DNA of 64,000 nt, taken from assembly GCA_963771075.1 (NCBI GenBank), contig CAVYSE010000003.1, positions 224,001 to 288,000 of the forward strand, given 5' to 3'. Made by a program: the position numbers and the translations under genes. Positions 1-10,252 of the stretch are shown here, piece after piece. Numbering within the stretch: the first letter of the stretch is position 1; each line of letters opens with the position of its first letter. This stretch comes from a candidate division FCPU426 bacterium (GTDB lineage: Bacteria; Oederibacteriota; Muellerivitia; Muellerivitales; Muellerivitaceae). Under the pieces are notes generated by a model. The model ran no database searches. It had not been told where the DNA came from and saw nothing but the letters and a program-made list of their open reading frames with translations.

Positions 1-1647
1 CGTTGAAGTGGGTGTTAGGGAATAGGTCGGCGTGTGGGTCGGCGTATCGGTGGGCGTGTTGGTGGGGGTACGGGTAGGAGTCGGGGTTGGAGTGGTAGTG
101 AAGGTGGGGGTCGGGGTTGAGGTAGGGGTGGAAGTGTTCGTTGGGGTGGTTGTTGAAGTGGGAGTAATGGAATTGGTCGGTGTGGGGGTCGGCGTATCGG
201 TAGAAGTAGGCGTTGGAGTCGGAGTGTTGGTGGGGGTGGGAGTGGGTGTATTCGTGAGGGTCGGAGTGGAACTTGGGGTGGGAGTAGAGGTATTCGTGGG
301 AGTTAGGGTAGGTGTGCGCGTGGGGGTCTGGGTCGGGGTGTTCGTCGGTGTGGGTGAGCAGGGGTTGGACACCACATAGGAAAGGGTATAAGCAATGCCG
401 TCCCAGTTTAAACTGGCGTTATCATCCGATATCGCCAAAACATTGCTTCCGACAATAAAATCAGAGGTTGGAAGGGTCAACGAGGTACAGGTGCTGAAAT
501 TAACGGCACTTCCATTGACGGAATTGCCGTTGACGAAAATACTAAAGGTCTCCCCGTTCTGGTTCCCGTCATCCCCGGCAATGTTGAGGGCCGCTGAGGT
601 CACGACCGTCCCCGGGGGAACGTTAAAATTTTTGACGTAATAAAAATAGCCATCCCCCAGGTCCGTATCTCCAGCGTTAGCGGCCGAAGAAATCCAATAG
701 GGGGTGAGACCCGACCCCGTGATATTACAGGCCGCCGCCGCCCAATTGGTGGCAACAGGATTAACAATCACAGCCGAAGACCACCCGGACGCGGTGTGAT
801 AATCGTAATTCGCCGAGTTCCACGCATTGCCATTGCCATCCGGGGGAGGTTTGGACGGAGCGAGTAAGTTGGGGTCCACCTCATTCGTGGAGTCGCTCAC
901 GACAAAAAGAGTGGCGCTCGCGCCACAGGGTAACGGTGTAGGCGTGAGGGTGATCGTGGGGGTCAGGGTAATGGTGGGGGTCAGCGTGATGGTGGGCGAC
1001 TTGGTGGGAGTTCCAGTGTTCGTGCGGGTGGGGGATAGGGTGGGAGTGCTGGTGAAGTGGGTAGGGGTGAAGGTGAGTGTATTCAGGGTCGAACATACGT
1101 CGATGGCGGCACTGCCAACGACCGTGCTGCCCCCGCACAGGTAGGTGCTGTTCTGGATTCCAACGACGTCGACGGTGGCCCAGTTCCCCGAGACCGTGGC
1201 GGGGACCGTGACAGTCTCGATTAAAGTGACGGGATCCGTGGTCGCGAGGGATCCGGTATTCTCCGCCGCCGTGCACCCTCCCGGCCAGGCAATGGTCGAC
1301 GCGTTCCCAAAACCGATACTGTAGTCGTCGGTCGCGTATTGCTGGTTGGCGGGCCCAAAGACCGCCGTGACAGCGATGGCCTCACCCACGGTCACGCACC
1401 CCGTGGGCGCGGTTACGGTGATGGTCGTGAACTGTGCCAGGGACCGGGTGGGGGAAATAACCAAAAGGCCGGAGAGGACGAAAACCATGGCGAGCGGGGA
1501 AAGCGCTTTTATTCCCCGGTATAAAAAAAAGGAAACATCACATGATGAAATTTTTTGATTTGACCCACTGTCGAAAAAAATGGGCGCGGCCCATAAACGC
1601 TTTATAAACGGGCGGGCGATCGATCCGTTAAACTTGGCGACCCACAT
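1..1647 (-). CDS. Secreted Thr/Pro-linker-rich multidomain protein (3' end runs off the window)
   Basis: Not in the ORF track. Manual translation of the minus frame is open from ATG 1647 (GAGG upstream; alternative ATG 1488) to base 1. It shows a hydrophobic signal-like segment ([19 protein letters not shown]), two Cys-containing beta-rich domains and TPT linkers. The V/G-rich plus-strand ORFs are its shadow. Confidence 0.8.
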   Translation of the reverse strand, partial: MWVAKFNGSIARPFIKRLWAAPIFFDSGSNQKISSCDVSFFLYRGIKALSPLAMVFVLSGLLVISPTRSLAQFTTITVTAPTGCVTVGEAIAVTAVFGPANQQYATDDYSIGFGNASTIAWPGGCTAAENTGSLATTDPVTLIETVTVPATVSGNWATVDVVGIQNSTYLCGGSTVVGSAAIDVCSTLNTLTFTPTHFTSTPTLSPTRTNTGTPTKSPTITLTPTITLTPTITLTPTPLPCGASATLFVVSDSTNEVDPNLLAPSKPPPDGNGNAWNSANYDYHTASGWSSAVIVNPVATNWAAAACNITGSGLTPYWISSAANAGDTDLGDGYFYYVKNFNVPPGTVVTSAALNIAGDDGNQNGETFSIFVNGNSVNGSAVNFSTCTSLTLPTSDFIVGSNVLAISDDNASLNWDGIAYTLSYVVSNPCSPTPTNTPTQTPTRTPTLTPTNTSTPTPSSTPTLTNTPTPTPTNTPTPTPTSTDTPTPTPTNSITPTSTTTPTNTSTPTSTPTPTFTTTPTPTPTRTPTNTPTDTPTHTPTYSLTPTST

Positions 1648-2074
1648 GGACAGCCTCAAACCGATTTCATTCGGGTATTTAGTTGTAGGTGTTGTTAATA
1701 ACTTCAAATCAGGGCTTCAACCCCGATATATAGACTTTAGCAGTTTTACCACCCTATTCAACAACACGAGAAAGTTTCAATAAGTTACATTTTCACGATA
1801 ATTATCCTTTGGTTATTGGTTTTACTTGTTTTTTTTGAAAATATTTTTGGGAAAGAATGAGCCCGTTGTTCGAGAAAGTAAGAAAAAGGTCAGCGGTGCG
1901 GCCCTCGGGCAATCCCAAGGGCTCCACGAAGTCCTGCTTTGTTAACCTAACCTTCGGAGGAAACGCCTTTCATCAACAGCTAATACCGGGGTTTTCAATT
2001 CCGTGTTCTTAAAAACGGAACGAAATGCCTGGGGATAAAATAAAATTCGTGAAAGGCTTCCCCTGTTTATTTTC

Positions 2075-3400
2075 CTAGATTTCATAATGAACCCTGCACG
2101 CCAGGATGCCCACCGGCCCCCGGTCCTGGTTATAGGCCGGATGATTGACACCCTGCAGATCAAGGGTTAAGCCGAATGAGGGGATGGGTTTGTAAAGGTA
2201 ATAAAACTCGAACACTTCCTCGGGAGCGTAATTCAAGGCGCCGTCCCCGATGTCAAAATCGGTACCGCCCGCCGCCAGGTAGGCCTGGTGTTGGGCGGAA
2301 ATCCCGGCGATGGCTAACGCCAGACCGGCGTTGTCCCCGGCGCAACCCCAGGCTTCCCCCCTCGCGGAAAAACCAAGGGAAGCCACCTGGTCCACGGCGG
2401 TATACATCCAGGTTTCGGTTTGGCCGTCATTCCAGCCCAATCGTGCGAAAAGTCCATAGTTCGCGCTCAGTAACTGCTCCCAGTTAAGACCCAGCCCGAA
2501 TTTATCACTGTATTGCTGGACCGCCGTCACGTCAGGCAAGGTGCCCGGGCTTGAAGCCATGGCGCTCAAGGCATCCGTGTACCTTCCCATGCGGGCGGCG
2601 TTGTCATAGACCAGGAATCGGAACTTCCCGGCTCCCCTATCGGTACCATAGCGCCATTCCAACTCGGCATTTTCCGAATGGGCTTGCGCCAGATTGGTGT
2701 CGTAAACCGAACCGTTGGGCTGTGTCGAGACCATGGCCTCGCAAAATCGGAAGGCCCAATCCTTTTGATTAAGATCCGCGACGATCCCGACCGTGTAACC
2801 GTGGGTGTCGGCGGAGTAATCCCAGGCCGCGTTACCCCCAAAGGTCAGGTTCATGAACTGGGTGCGGGCGTCATGGGCCAAGGCATTGTTATCGAAAAAA
2901 TCCCCTAAGGCAAATTTCCCCGCAGTGAGTGTGAGTCTGGAAATATCTTCCTTGCAAGAAAGCTGGTTTTGGTCGTCGTCGATCTTTTCCTGTTCACCAC
3001 CTAATCCGAGGACCTGTTGGAAATAGATCCGGGACTGGTTATAGGTTGGGTTGGGGGTGCCCACCTTGGAGATCTCCCCGTTGGGGAATTCCCCGATTCC
3101 CGTCACGTTGCTGAACCCGCTCCCCGCCGGGACTTCGGGGTCGGCGTATAAAGAGCCCCCGTCCCAAACCTTGAGGCCGAGAAATAGGGTGGCGGTGAAA
3201 GAGGCGTTCAATTCACTGCCGGGATCCAAGCTGGTGGTGCGTGAGGTGTATTTCGCCGAAAAGGGTGGGTGGAATTCGGGCAATAGGGTCGTTTGAAAAT
3301 GAACGTTGTAAAGTTCGGGGGTAAAGGGCTCGGCGGACTCATCCGCCCGAAGAGCTGGGACCCATCCCACGCAAATTAACAAAAAGAGAAGTTTTTTCAC
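2075..3400 (-). CDS. OprB-family carbohydrate/Mn2+-selective porin
   Basis: Signal peptide, motifs GKF..GDFFDNN..AHDARTQFMN, AWDYSAD..GYT and HPAYNQDRGPV, and a C-terminal beta-strand. Confidence 0.85.
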   Translation of the reverse strand: MKKLLFLLICVGWVPALRADESAEPFTPELYNVHFQTTLLPEFHPPFSAKYTSRTTSLDPGSELNASFTATLFLGLKVWDGGSLYADPEVPAGSGFSNVTGIGEFPNGEISKVGTPNPTYNQSRIYFQQVLGLGGEQEKIDDDQNQLSCKEDISRLTLTAGKFALGDFFDNNALAHDARTQFMNLTFGGNAAWDYSADTHGYTVGIVADLNQKDWAFRFCEAMVSTQPNGSVYDTNLAQAHSENAELEWRYGTDRGAGKFRFLVYDNAARMGRYTDALSAMASSPGTLPDVTAVQQYSDKFGLGLNWEQLLSANYGLFARLGWNDGQTETWMYTAVDQVASLGFSARGEAWGCAGDNAGLALAIAGISAQHQAYLAAGGTDFDIGDGALNYAPEEVFEFYYLYKPIPSFGLTLDLQGVNHPAYNQDRGPVGILACRVHYEI

Positions 3401-3529
3401 GAAAAATCTTTCAGGATTGGCTTAAAGGAAACGGAAGACCTTGGGGCGCACACACTATAAGAGAGGTCAACGGATTATTTAATTCTAAAATACGCAGTTT
3501 ACAATTTATTAACGGAATGGCCCCAAAAC

Positions 3530-3556
3530 AAAAAGCCGCCCAAAAGGACGGCTTTC
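3530..3556 (-). terminator. Rho-independent terminator after rubrerythrin
   Basis: Minus strand AAAGCCGTCC-TTTT-GGGCGGCTTTTT, 25 nt after the stop codon. Confidence 0.7.
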
Positions 3557-3581
3557 TGTTCGGGGCTTTAAAACTTATGAA

Positions 3582-4085
3582 TTATTTCACTTCGGCATAG
3601 GCTTTCTTGTTGGCCTTGCAGATGGGGCATTCATCGGGAGCCTCGTCCCCCTCGTGAGTGTGGCCGCAGACCTCGCAAACCCAGGTCTTCTTGGCGGGCA
3701 GGTCCTTCCCCTGTTCGACTGCCTCCAATGCCTTTTTATAAAGGTCATAGTGGCCCTTCTCCGCTTCCAGGGCGTACTTGAAGGATTTCACCGCAGCAGG
3801 CGCGAATTCCTTCTCGGCCAGGGCCAGGAAACCGGGATACATCTTTTCAAACTCATAAGCCTCGCCTTCCATGCCCGCCTTCAGGTTCTCGGCGGTGGAT
3901 TTCACCATCCCTAGGGCTCGAAAATGATTGAGTGCGTGAACCGTCTCGGCATAGGCGGCGGCACGGAAAATGCGGGCGACTTGCATTTTCCCCTCGGTTT
4001 CAGCCTTCTTGGCGAAAGCGGTGTACTTTCGGTTGGCTTGGGATTCCCCCGCAAAGGCTTCGAGCAGATTCTCTTTCGTGGCCAT
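3582..4085 (-). CDS. rbr: Rubrerythrin
   Basis: AFAGESQANRKY, AETVHA and EKGH di-iron motifs plus C-terminal CxxC...CPxC rubredoxin domain; start moved to ATG 4085 with a GGAG RBS. Confidence 0.92.
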   Translation of the reverse strand: MATKENLLEAFAGESQANRKYTAFAKKAETEGKMQVARIFRAAAYAETVHALNHFRALGMVKSTAENLKAGMEGEAYEFEKMYPGFLALAEKEFAPAAVKSFKYALEAEKGHYDLYKKALEAVEQGKDLPAKKTWVCEVCGHTHEGDEAPDECPICKANKKAYAEVK

Positions 4086-4183
4086 AAACTCTCCTTGAAC
4101 GGTTCTCTCCCCAAATCGCACTTGAATACCATAGAGACATTGGGCGAAGGGCATTATGACCCCGCTCAGTAACCATTGATCGT

Positions 4184-4952
4184 TCAACCCTTTGGTTCAA
4201 GGGTTTTTGGCATATTTAATGGAGCGGCGAAATAGACCAATCCCTGCGCCAATCCGCAAGCCATGAGCCCGAGGGTAAAAGCCCGGAAGATACCGAGCGG
4301 AACCAGGGTCATGGATAAGACCCCGCAAAAGACGCAAAAGCCGGCCATGCCCCTCAAACTGCCGTTCAAAAGCCGGGCCGCCCCCAGCCCCGCCCTGCCG
4401 AGCATGGGCAAAGGCCGCAAGAACGGCCGTCGCCACGGGAAAAGGCGCCAACGCCCCGCTATAGGCGGGACCCAACTGTCGTGCCACACCCGTTAGGCAA
4501 ACCACGAGGAAAGCCGTGGACACCATGCGCAATGGAATGTCCGTCCAGTCATGGGAGGCAGGAGCTTCTTTGGAAGCGGCGGTAACACGGGGCATCAACT
4601 TTTGTGCAAGGCCCAAGCCACCGAGGGCGATGAGAAAAGCTGGAGCCAAAGGAATGGAAAAAAATACCAGGAAATACTCCGCGATTAAAAAGGAGATCCA
4701 GCCGGCGGGCAGGGTTACGAACCATTTTTGCCGAAGGCTCACCCAGCTATAGGCGCAGGCGAAGCAGCCGAACCCCACCCCGCCCAACAGGGTTTCTTTC
4801 GCCGCCTCAGCCGCGAATAGCGATCCCTGTTCGAGGGCGAAGAAAAAAAGGATCGGACCCGCCACGATGGGAAAGGTGCTGATCCATCCCGAGACCCCCA
4901 GGCCCCATCGGCGTCCCGCCAAGGAGGCAAGGGCCACGAATAGCGGCGCCAA
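4184..4952 (-). pseudogene. Multi-pass membrane protein split by a frameshift near 4381-4390 (possible sequencing error)
   Basis: The hydrophobic frame 4952->~4390 (internal repeat GRRWG..GW...FP / ARQLGP..SG..A.FP) continues as hydrophobic sequence in the 4184..4489 frame after a G5 run. Confidence 0.65.
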
Positions 4953-5065
4953 GGTACACTTAAAAAATAGAATGGAAATGGGCCTGCTCCATACCTGGAA
5001 TTATCACGGATATTATCGGATTGAACTGTTCTTAGGAAAGAGAAGCGCAGGGAAAAAAGGCTCTT

Positions 5066-5791
5066 TTATTTGGTCACGATGATGATCTGTACGGGTTTGA
5101 TAACGGGGAGCGGGTAGGATCCCCTCCGATGGGGATGGAAAACCGCGTTAGGCCTTCCCGGAGCGGGGGAATATACCTGCCCGGACTTGGTATCACCCTG
5201 GTAGGGCCCGCCATAATCGCCTTTCAACTCACCCGGCCTTTCGCCCTTGGGATCGACCACATTGCCATCGGCATCACAAAGGTAATAGGTCCCATCGCGG
5301 TAAAGGCATAAACGGTTATTATCGTCCGACCCTTTCCACCACCAGTTTCCATTGTAGTATCCCAGCCAACGGCCATTTTCTTTTTCCCTTGCCCAAAAGG
5401 TTCCTTGATATTCCAAGACCCATTGGAATTGGGTGTCGTTTTGCCAACCGATCCAATCATTTCCCTGCAGATCGATGTAATGGCAATAGGGTCCCTGGTC
5501 GTTCTGGTGCCAATACAGATGTTTTGGTAAGCTCTCTTCGTTCATTTGGCTCGAGAGTTCGGCCTTGAGTTTGAGTAATTCTTCCAGTCGATCGTGAGCA
5601 GGGAGCTGAACGGCCAATCGGGCCCGGATCAGGTTTCTCTCCCAATCCAACCTGGGAACGGGAGGCTCCTCAACCTGGTTGAAAGCTGGCGTCTCGAATA
5701 ATATTTGGGTTTTTTCAGGTTGGGCAAGGGAGGATTGGCCATTGACGAAAGTGGGAAAAAGGATGATCAGGGAAAATAAATAACGGTTCAT
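5066..5791 (-). CDS. Secreted Trp-rich hypothetical protein (paralog of 25797..26519)
   Basis: GAGG RBS, signal peptide, Trp/Tyr-rich core YCH...NDW.GW...F.WVL...FW...RWL.Y..G.WWW.G...YY.CD..G. Confidence 0.8.
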   Translation of the reverse strand: MNRYLFSLIILFPTFVNGQSSLAQPEKTQILFETPAFNQVEEPPVPRLDWERNLIRARLAVQLPAHDRLEELLKLKAELSSQMNEESLPKHLYWHQNDQGPYCHYIDLQGNDWIGWQNDTQFQWVLEYQGTFWAREKENGRWLGYYNGNWWWKGSDDNNRLCLYRDGTYYLCDADGNVVDPKGERPGELKGDYGGPYQGDTKSGQVYSPAPGRPNAVFHPHRRGSYPLPVIKPVQIIIVTK

Positions 5792-5945
5792 GGATTACCT
5801 CTATATATTTTAGACGTCATTAAAACGCCTCGAGTTTCGAAAAAAATAAGCTCAAGGTTTTGATAATAAATACAAGGTTTCCGAGCGGATGCCGAATACG
5901 TTTTATAAATGCATGGCGGTTCGTAATTCAATTCAGGGAAATCCA

Positions 5946-8900
5946 ATGAATCCAGTCAAACCATTCCTTTTAATGGCTTCCCTGGCGATGACCCCCATTT
6001 CCCTTTGGGCCCTTTCCCCCATGCACGCCTTTTACGACCTGGTGGTGGGCCAGGGGGTGACGGGATTCGCGGATGGCGCTTTTACCGAGGCCTGTTTCCA
6101 ATACCCCTGCGGGCTCGCCCTCAACGGGGATGGGACGCGGCTTTTCGTGGCGGATGAGGGAAACAACCGCATTCGGCTGGTGCTCCTCAACCAGGGAAAC
6201 GCCGTGACCACCCTGGCGGGAACGGGCGAGAAGATGGACCGGGACGGCCCGCTGGCTTCCGCCGCGTTCAACGACCCCCGTCTCGTGGTATGGATTCCTT
6301 CCAACCAATTGATCGTCTATGAGGGTGCGGGCTCCCGTCTGCGGCGGGTGGATCTCAGCGGAGGCCAGGTCCAGACCCTCCTTCAGCCTCAAGCCCCCGA
6401 ACTGGGCGGTGTCACCCTGGTGGATTGCAATGCCATGGTATACGACCCCTCGACCCAGGACCTTTATCTTTCCCAACCTGATCAAAATCTCCTCTGGAAG
6501 ATCGACCTGGCCGGGCCCAGCCTTTCCGTCACCCATTTCAAGACGCCTGCCCCCCTCCTCTCTCCCGATTGCCTTTGCCTTTACCGCGGGCACCTTTATG
6601 CTTCGGACCAGTCATCCTCCAAAGTATTTCAAGTGGATTTTTTACCCAAACCCCGGCATGCCCGCACTCTGAAAGTAACCCCTTTCGCGCAGGGCAGCAA
6701 GGTCCAGGCCCTGGCCGCCAATGGAAACGACCTGGTCGCCCTGCAGGACGATCCTAAACCAATAGTCTGTCTCAACTCGGGCCGCGCCGTCATTTCACCG
6801 ATGATCTGGGACCAACCCGTATATTATTCAGCAGGATGGGTCTTCGCTAAACCCTCGGATTGGTTCTCGACCTCCACATCCCCTTGCCTGATCCCCGACA
6901 CCCCGCATCCGGGCCAGTATTTCCTGGCGGAATTTGACCGCAACGAGATAATCCATTTTCGGGATGTGGAATACCAAGACCTGTCCGCAGAAAACACTGA
7001 AGCCCAACCGGGACTCATGCCTTACGGGCATTCGATGGAAAAAACCCCGGGGACCTTCCGCGTCCTTCTCGTGGCGGACCACCGTTTCCATGAGCCCCTT
7101 TCCGTGAATTCCACTACCGGCCAATTGCCCGGCCGATCCTTGAGCGCCCCACCCCCCGATCCCACCAAACCCCAACCCACCTCGGTTCCCTATCCCGATG
7201 TGATCCCCGATGATTTCTCCGCCACCAGCGCTTTTCCCTTATTCTCCCTGGCCATGCGCGCCGAATTGTCGCTCAACACCCGCGCCGCCCTGAAAGACGA
7301 TCCCCTTTCCTATGAGGTCTTGGCCCTGGACCCGGCGACGTTCGATCCTGCCCAACTTTCGGAGCTTATCTCAAAATACCACGTGGACCTGGTCCTGGCG
7401 GTGGAATCCTCCTCCCAAACGCCGGTCCCTTCGGAAGAATGGCTATCCCAGGCCTGGGCCGGTTTAAAGGCATCTCCAGGTTGCCGGATGGTGGTCAGTT
7501 TTTTCCCTGGCACGGGCGCCGTGGCGGATAGCGGCGCGGAAAGAGATGAAACCTTTTGGGCAAACGCCTGCGCGAATCAAGGTATTCCCCTCCTCGATTT
7601 GACCGCGTCCTGGACCGCCTTGAGGGCCTCTTTCTTTCCGGTATCCCCCGCCCCCGGGGAAAAATTGAACATCAAGGGGTTGTTTCTTTTGGGCTGGCTC
7701 CTTTCACGGGAGATCGCGGCACACCAGGGCTTCTCCCATACCGAGGCCGGCATTAGCGAACCGCTTCCCGGCCCCATGCGGCAATTCCTGGACTTGGCCG
7801 CCGGGGAGGGCCCGCCGGGCTACCGGGACGGAGCTTTTCCTTCCGCCCTCCTGGACGGCCCGGGAGGCCTGGCCATGGGCAAGGACGGTACCACCCTGTA
7901 TGTGGCGGACCGGAAAAACCACCGGATTCGAACGGTGCGGCTAAACGAAAACAATCGCATGGATACACTCGCCGGATCGGGAGATCCGGTGGAATTGGAC
8001 GGGACCTTCCCCGAGGCTTCCTTTGCCGACCCCGCCCTGATCGAGGACCTTCCCGATGGATTGGTGGTTTTGGAAGGCCTTAGCGGCCACCTGCGGTTCT
8101 TGGACCTTAAAAGCCGAAAGGTATCCACTTGGAAAGTCCGGGAAAAGGGCGAACCCTTGCCGCCGGACCGTTTGGCCGGTGTCTACAGTCTCTGCTACGT
8201 GCCCCGAGACCATTGCCTTTACCTGACCCAACCCTTGCAGGGTTTGCTCGAAAAGATTTCGTTGGACGACCTGGAACTCAAGGTGGTTCTGAAAAAAAAC
8301 AATCAGGCGCCCCTTCCCAAAGCCCTTTGCCTTTACCAAGGGTCCCTGTGCCTTTCCGACCGGCAAGGTTCCCAGGTTTTCAAATACAACCCCGAAGCCA
8401 ATCCCGCATCAGCGCTGGTTACCGTCGGCAAATGCGATGTATGCACAGCCCTAGCCGCTTCCAAGGACCGGCTATATGGCATCAGTGGTGAAAATCCCAA
8501 TTGGGTCCGGGTGGCTCCACCCCAGACGGACCTGCCCATTTCCCCTTGGTTTTACGGGTTTCAAGCGGTGAATTACAACTTTCCGATCTTCGAGGGCAGT
8601 CTCAGGGAAGAGGACCCTGCGCCAGGACTGGTGGCGGACCCCAGGGATGACAAGAGGCTGTTGCTGGCCTCACCCGGACTGAACCAGATCCTCAGCCTGC
8701 GGGATTATGATTTTCATGAATATTTGGACCCTTATAATTCCACACCCGACGGAATCTCGGACTTCGACTATCCTTCCACCAAACCCCCGGGAACCTACCG
8801 GTTGATGATTTGCGGTGATTCCCATATCTACCGAAACGACAGCGGAACCTGCCACATGGATGCAATGGCCAAACGCCTGGAAATTCAGTTGAACACGGAA

Positions 8901-9662
8901 GCCGCCCTCGAGAACCTGCCCACCCGTTTCCAGGTCATGAACCTCGCTCTGCAGAACGGGGATGACCAGCCTCCCTACTATTACCCCGCATTCCTGGCGC
9001 CCAAACTGGCCCAAAAATACGATGTGGACGAGATCTTGCTTTGCCTCAACGCCGAGATCAACGAATCCAACTTGGCCCCATTTCACCAAAGACCCCTGGG
9101 AAATGATGAAGTGCCCCTTTGGGAAAAAGACGCCGAATTTTTGCTGGAACCCTTTGAAAAACGCGTCCCGAAAGGAAGGATCGGCGAATTTCTAAAGCGG
9201 CATTTGAGCTATTACGGGCAGAAACCCTACGTCGACATGCATTACGCACAGGTGGTCCAGGACCCGAAGGATCGGGAAGAAGTGGCCTATATGTTCAGCC
9301 GGCCAGTGCTCAAACTTAAAAAAGAATTGGAGAAGATAAAAACCAGGTCGGGAGAGCCGGTGAAGGTGCGCCTTTGCTATTTCCCCACGGGGCCGAACGG
9401 GTTAAAAACCCAGGTGGAACCCTACCGAAGTCTTTGGAAAAGCGTGGCCGACCAGGCGGGGGTATCCTTCGCGGACTTGACCGAACCCTTTTTGGCCCTG
9501 CGGCCCGATTATTTCCCCGTGGCGGAAATATGCGGAGCTTCCCATCCCACGACCGGCGGATACGTGTTCAAGGCCCTGTTACTTTCCGATTGGCTTATCC
9601 GGGAAAAATGGATCCCCTTTGAACCCATCGAAACAGGGAAGAAAAACCAAACAAGCCCCTAA
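5946..9662 (+). CDS. Secreted protein with two tandem NHL beta-propeller + SGNH-hydrolase-like modules
   Basis: Signal peptide; NHL motifs (P.GLA...DG..L.VAD..N.RIR, TLAG.G) occur twice; CGDSH...HPT in the second module; start taken as ATG 5946. Confidence 0.75.
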   Translation: MNPVKPFLLMASLAMTPISLWALSPMHAFYDLVVGQGVTGFADGAFTEACFQYPCGLALNGDGTRLFVADEGNNRIRLVLLNQGNAVTTLAGTGEKMDRDGPLASAAFNDPRLVVWIPSNQLIVYEGAGSRLRRVDLSGGQVQTLLQPQAPELGGVTLVDCNAMVYDPSTQDLYLSQPDQNLLWKIDLAGPSLSVTHFKTPAPLLSPDCLCLYRGHLYASDQSSSKVFQVDFLPKPRHARTLKVTPFAQGSKVQALAANGNDLVALQDDPKPIVCLNSGRAVISPMIWDQPVYYSAGWVFAKPSDWFSTSTSPCLIPDTPHPGQYFLAEFDRNEIIHFRDVEYQDLSAENTEAQPGLMPYGHSMEKTPGTFRVLLVADHRFHEPLSVNSTTGQLPGRSLSAPPPDPTKPQPTSVPYPDVIPDDFSATSAFPLFSLAMRAELSLNTRAALKDDPLSYEVLALDPATFDPAQLSELISKYHVDLVLAVESSSQTPVPSEEWLSQAWAGLKASPGCRMVVSFFPGTGAVADSGAERDETFWANACANQGIPLLDLTASWTALRASFFPVSPAPGEKLNIKGLFLLGWLLSREIAAHQGFSHTEAGISEPLPGPMRQFLDLAAGEGPPGYRDGAFPSALLDGPGGLAMGKDGTTLYVADRKNHRIRTVRLNENNRMDTLAGSGDPVELDGTFPEASFADPALIEDLPDGLVVLEGLSGHLRFLDLKSRKVSTWKVREKGEPLPPDRLAGVYSLCYVPRDHCLYLTQPLQGLLEKISLDDLELKVVLKKNNQAPLPKALCLYQGSLCLSDRQGSQVFKYNPEANPASALVTVGKCDVCTALAASKDRLYGISGENPNWVRVAPPQTDLPISPWFYGFQAVNYNFPIFEGSLREEDPAPGLVADPRDDKRLLLASPGLNQILSLRDYDFHEYLDPYNSTPDGISDFDYPSTKPPGTYRLMICGDSHIYRNDSGTCHMDAMAKRLEIQLNTEAALENLPTRFQVMNLALQNGDDQPPYYYPAFLAPKLAQKYDVDEILLCLNAEINESNLAPFHQRPLGNDEVPLWEKDAEFLLEPFEKRVPKGRIGEFLKRHLSYYGQKPYVDMHYAQVVQDPKDREEVAYMFSRPVLKLKKELEKIKTRSGEPVKVRLCYFPTGPNGLKTQVEPYRSLWKSVADQAGVSFADLTEPFLALRPDYFPVAEICGASHPTTGGYVFKALLLSDWLIREKWIPFEPIETGKKNQTSP

Positions 9663-10216
9663 AAGGAATTTTTAACCAGCCGGCTGATTTCCTTGAATTC
9701 GGTGGTTCCCGCCCGTTCGGTCCACTCGAAAAGTGCGGCTTCGGCGGTGGTGAGGACAACCCCGGCCCTTTCCATTCGTTTGAGGCCCCATTCACCGTCC
9801 ACCGAATTACGGGTTCCCATGGCGTCCACCGCCCCATAAACCTCAAAACCCATGGCGATCAGGTCCAGGGCGGTTTGCATGACGCAAACATGGGTTTCAA
9901 TACCCGCTAATAGCACCTTTTTGATCTTGCGGTCTTGGAAAAAAACGCCGACCGGGTCCAATGAGGCACAGCTGAAATCCAGCTTTTCGAGAGGTGGCTC
10001 CAATTTTGCGAGAAGATCGGGATGGGTCTTGCCCAAACCCTTGGGATATTGCTCAGTAGCCAATACTGGAATTCCCAGGACTTTTGCCCCCTCCACTAAT
10101 AGGGTTGTCCGCCCGACAATCTTTTCAAAACCGGGAATGACCGCCAGCAGTTTTTCCTGCAGGTCGATCACGAGAAGCCCCGTATCGGTACGGTTCATTA
10201 ATCGGTCGCTTCGCAT
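9659..10216 (-). CDS. Isochorismatase-like (YcaC-related) cysteine hydrolase
   Basis: LLVIDLQEKL, TEQYPKGLG.T and GIETHVCV motifs. Confidence 0.9.
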   Translation of the reverse strand: MRSDRLMNRTDTGLLVIDLQEKLLAVIPGFEKIVGRTTLLVEGAKVLGIPVLATEQYPKGLGKTHPDLLAKLEPPLEKLDFSCASLDPVGVFFQDRKIKKVLLAGIETHVCVMQTALDLIAMGFEVYGAVDAMGTRNSVDGEWGLKRMERAGVVLTTAEAALFEWTERAGTTEFKEISRLVKNSF

Positions 10217-10252
10217 ATGAATCCCTTTCTTGAACAACCACATACCGACCGT

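Noticed and set aside
941..994. 18-bp tandem repeats as a CRISPR-like array or as copies of the GGGGTCAGG element end
   Set aside because: Codon-level repeats encoding TITLTP inside a CDS; no spacers and no cas genes
32..1558. Val/Gly-rich plus-strand ORFs (also 15567..16256, 16737..17018, and 38540..38746 on the minus strand)
   Set aside because: Antisense shadows of Thr/Pro-coding tracts on the opposite strand
1930..1975. c-di-GMP-I riboswitch call
   Set aside because: Lacks the GCAAA/GAAA tetraloop-receptor consensus; not supportable without a covariance-model search
3440..3449. CTTGGGGCGC shared with the rpoD leader (42364-42373)
   Set aside because: A 10-mer match is expected by chance and the flanking context differs
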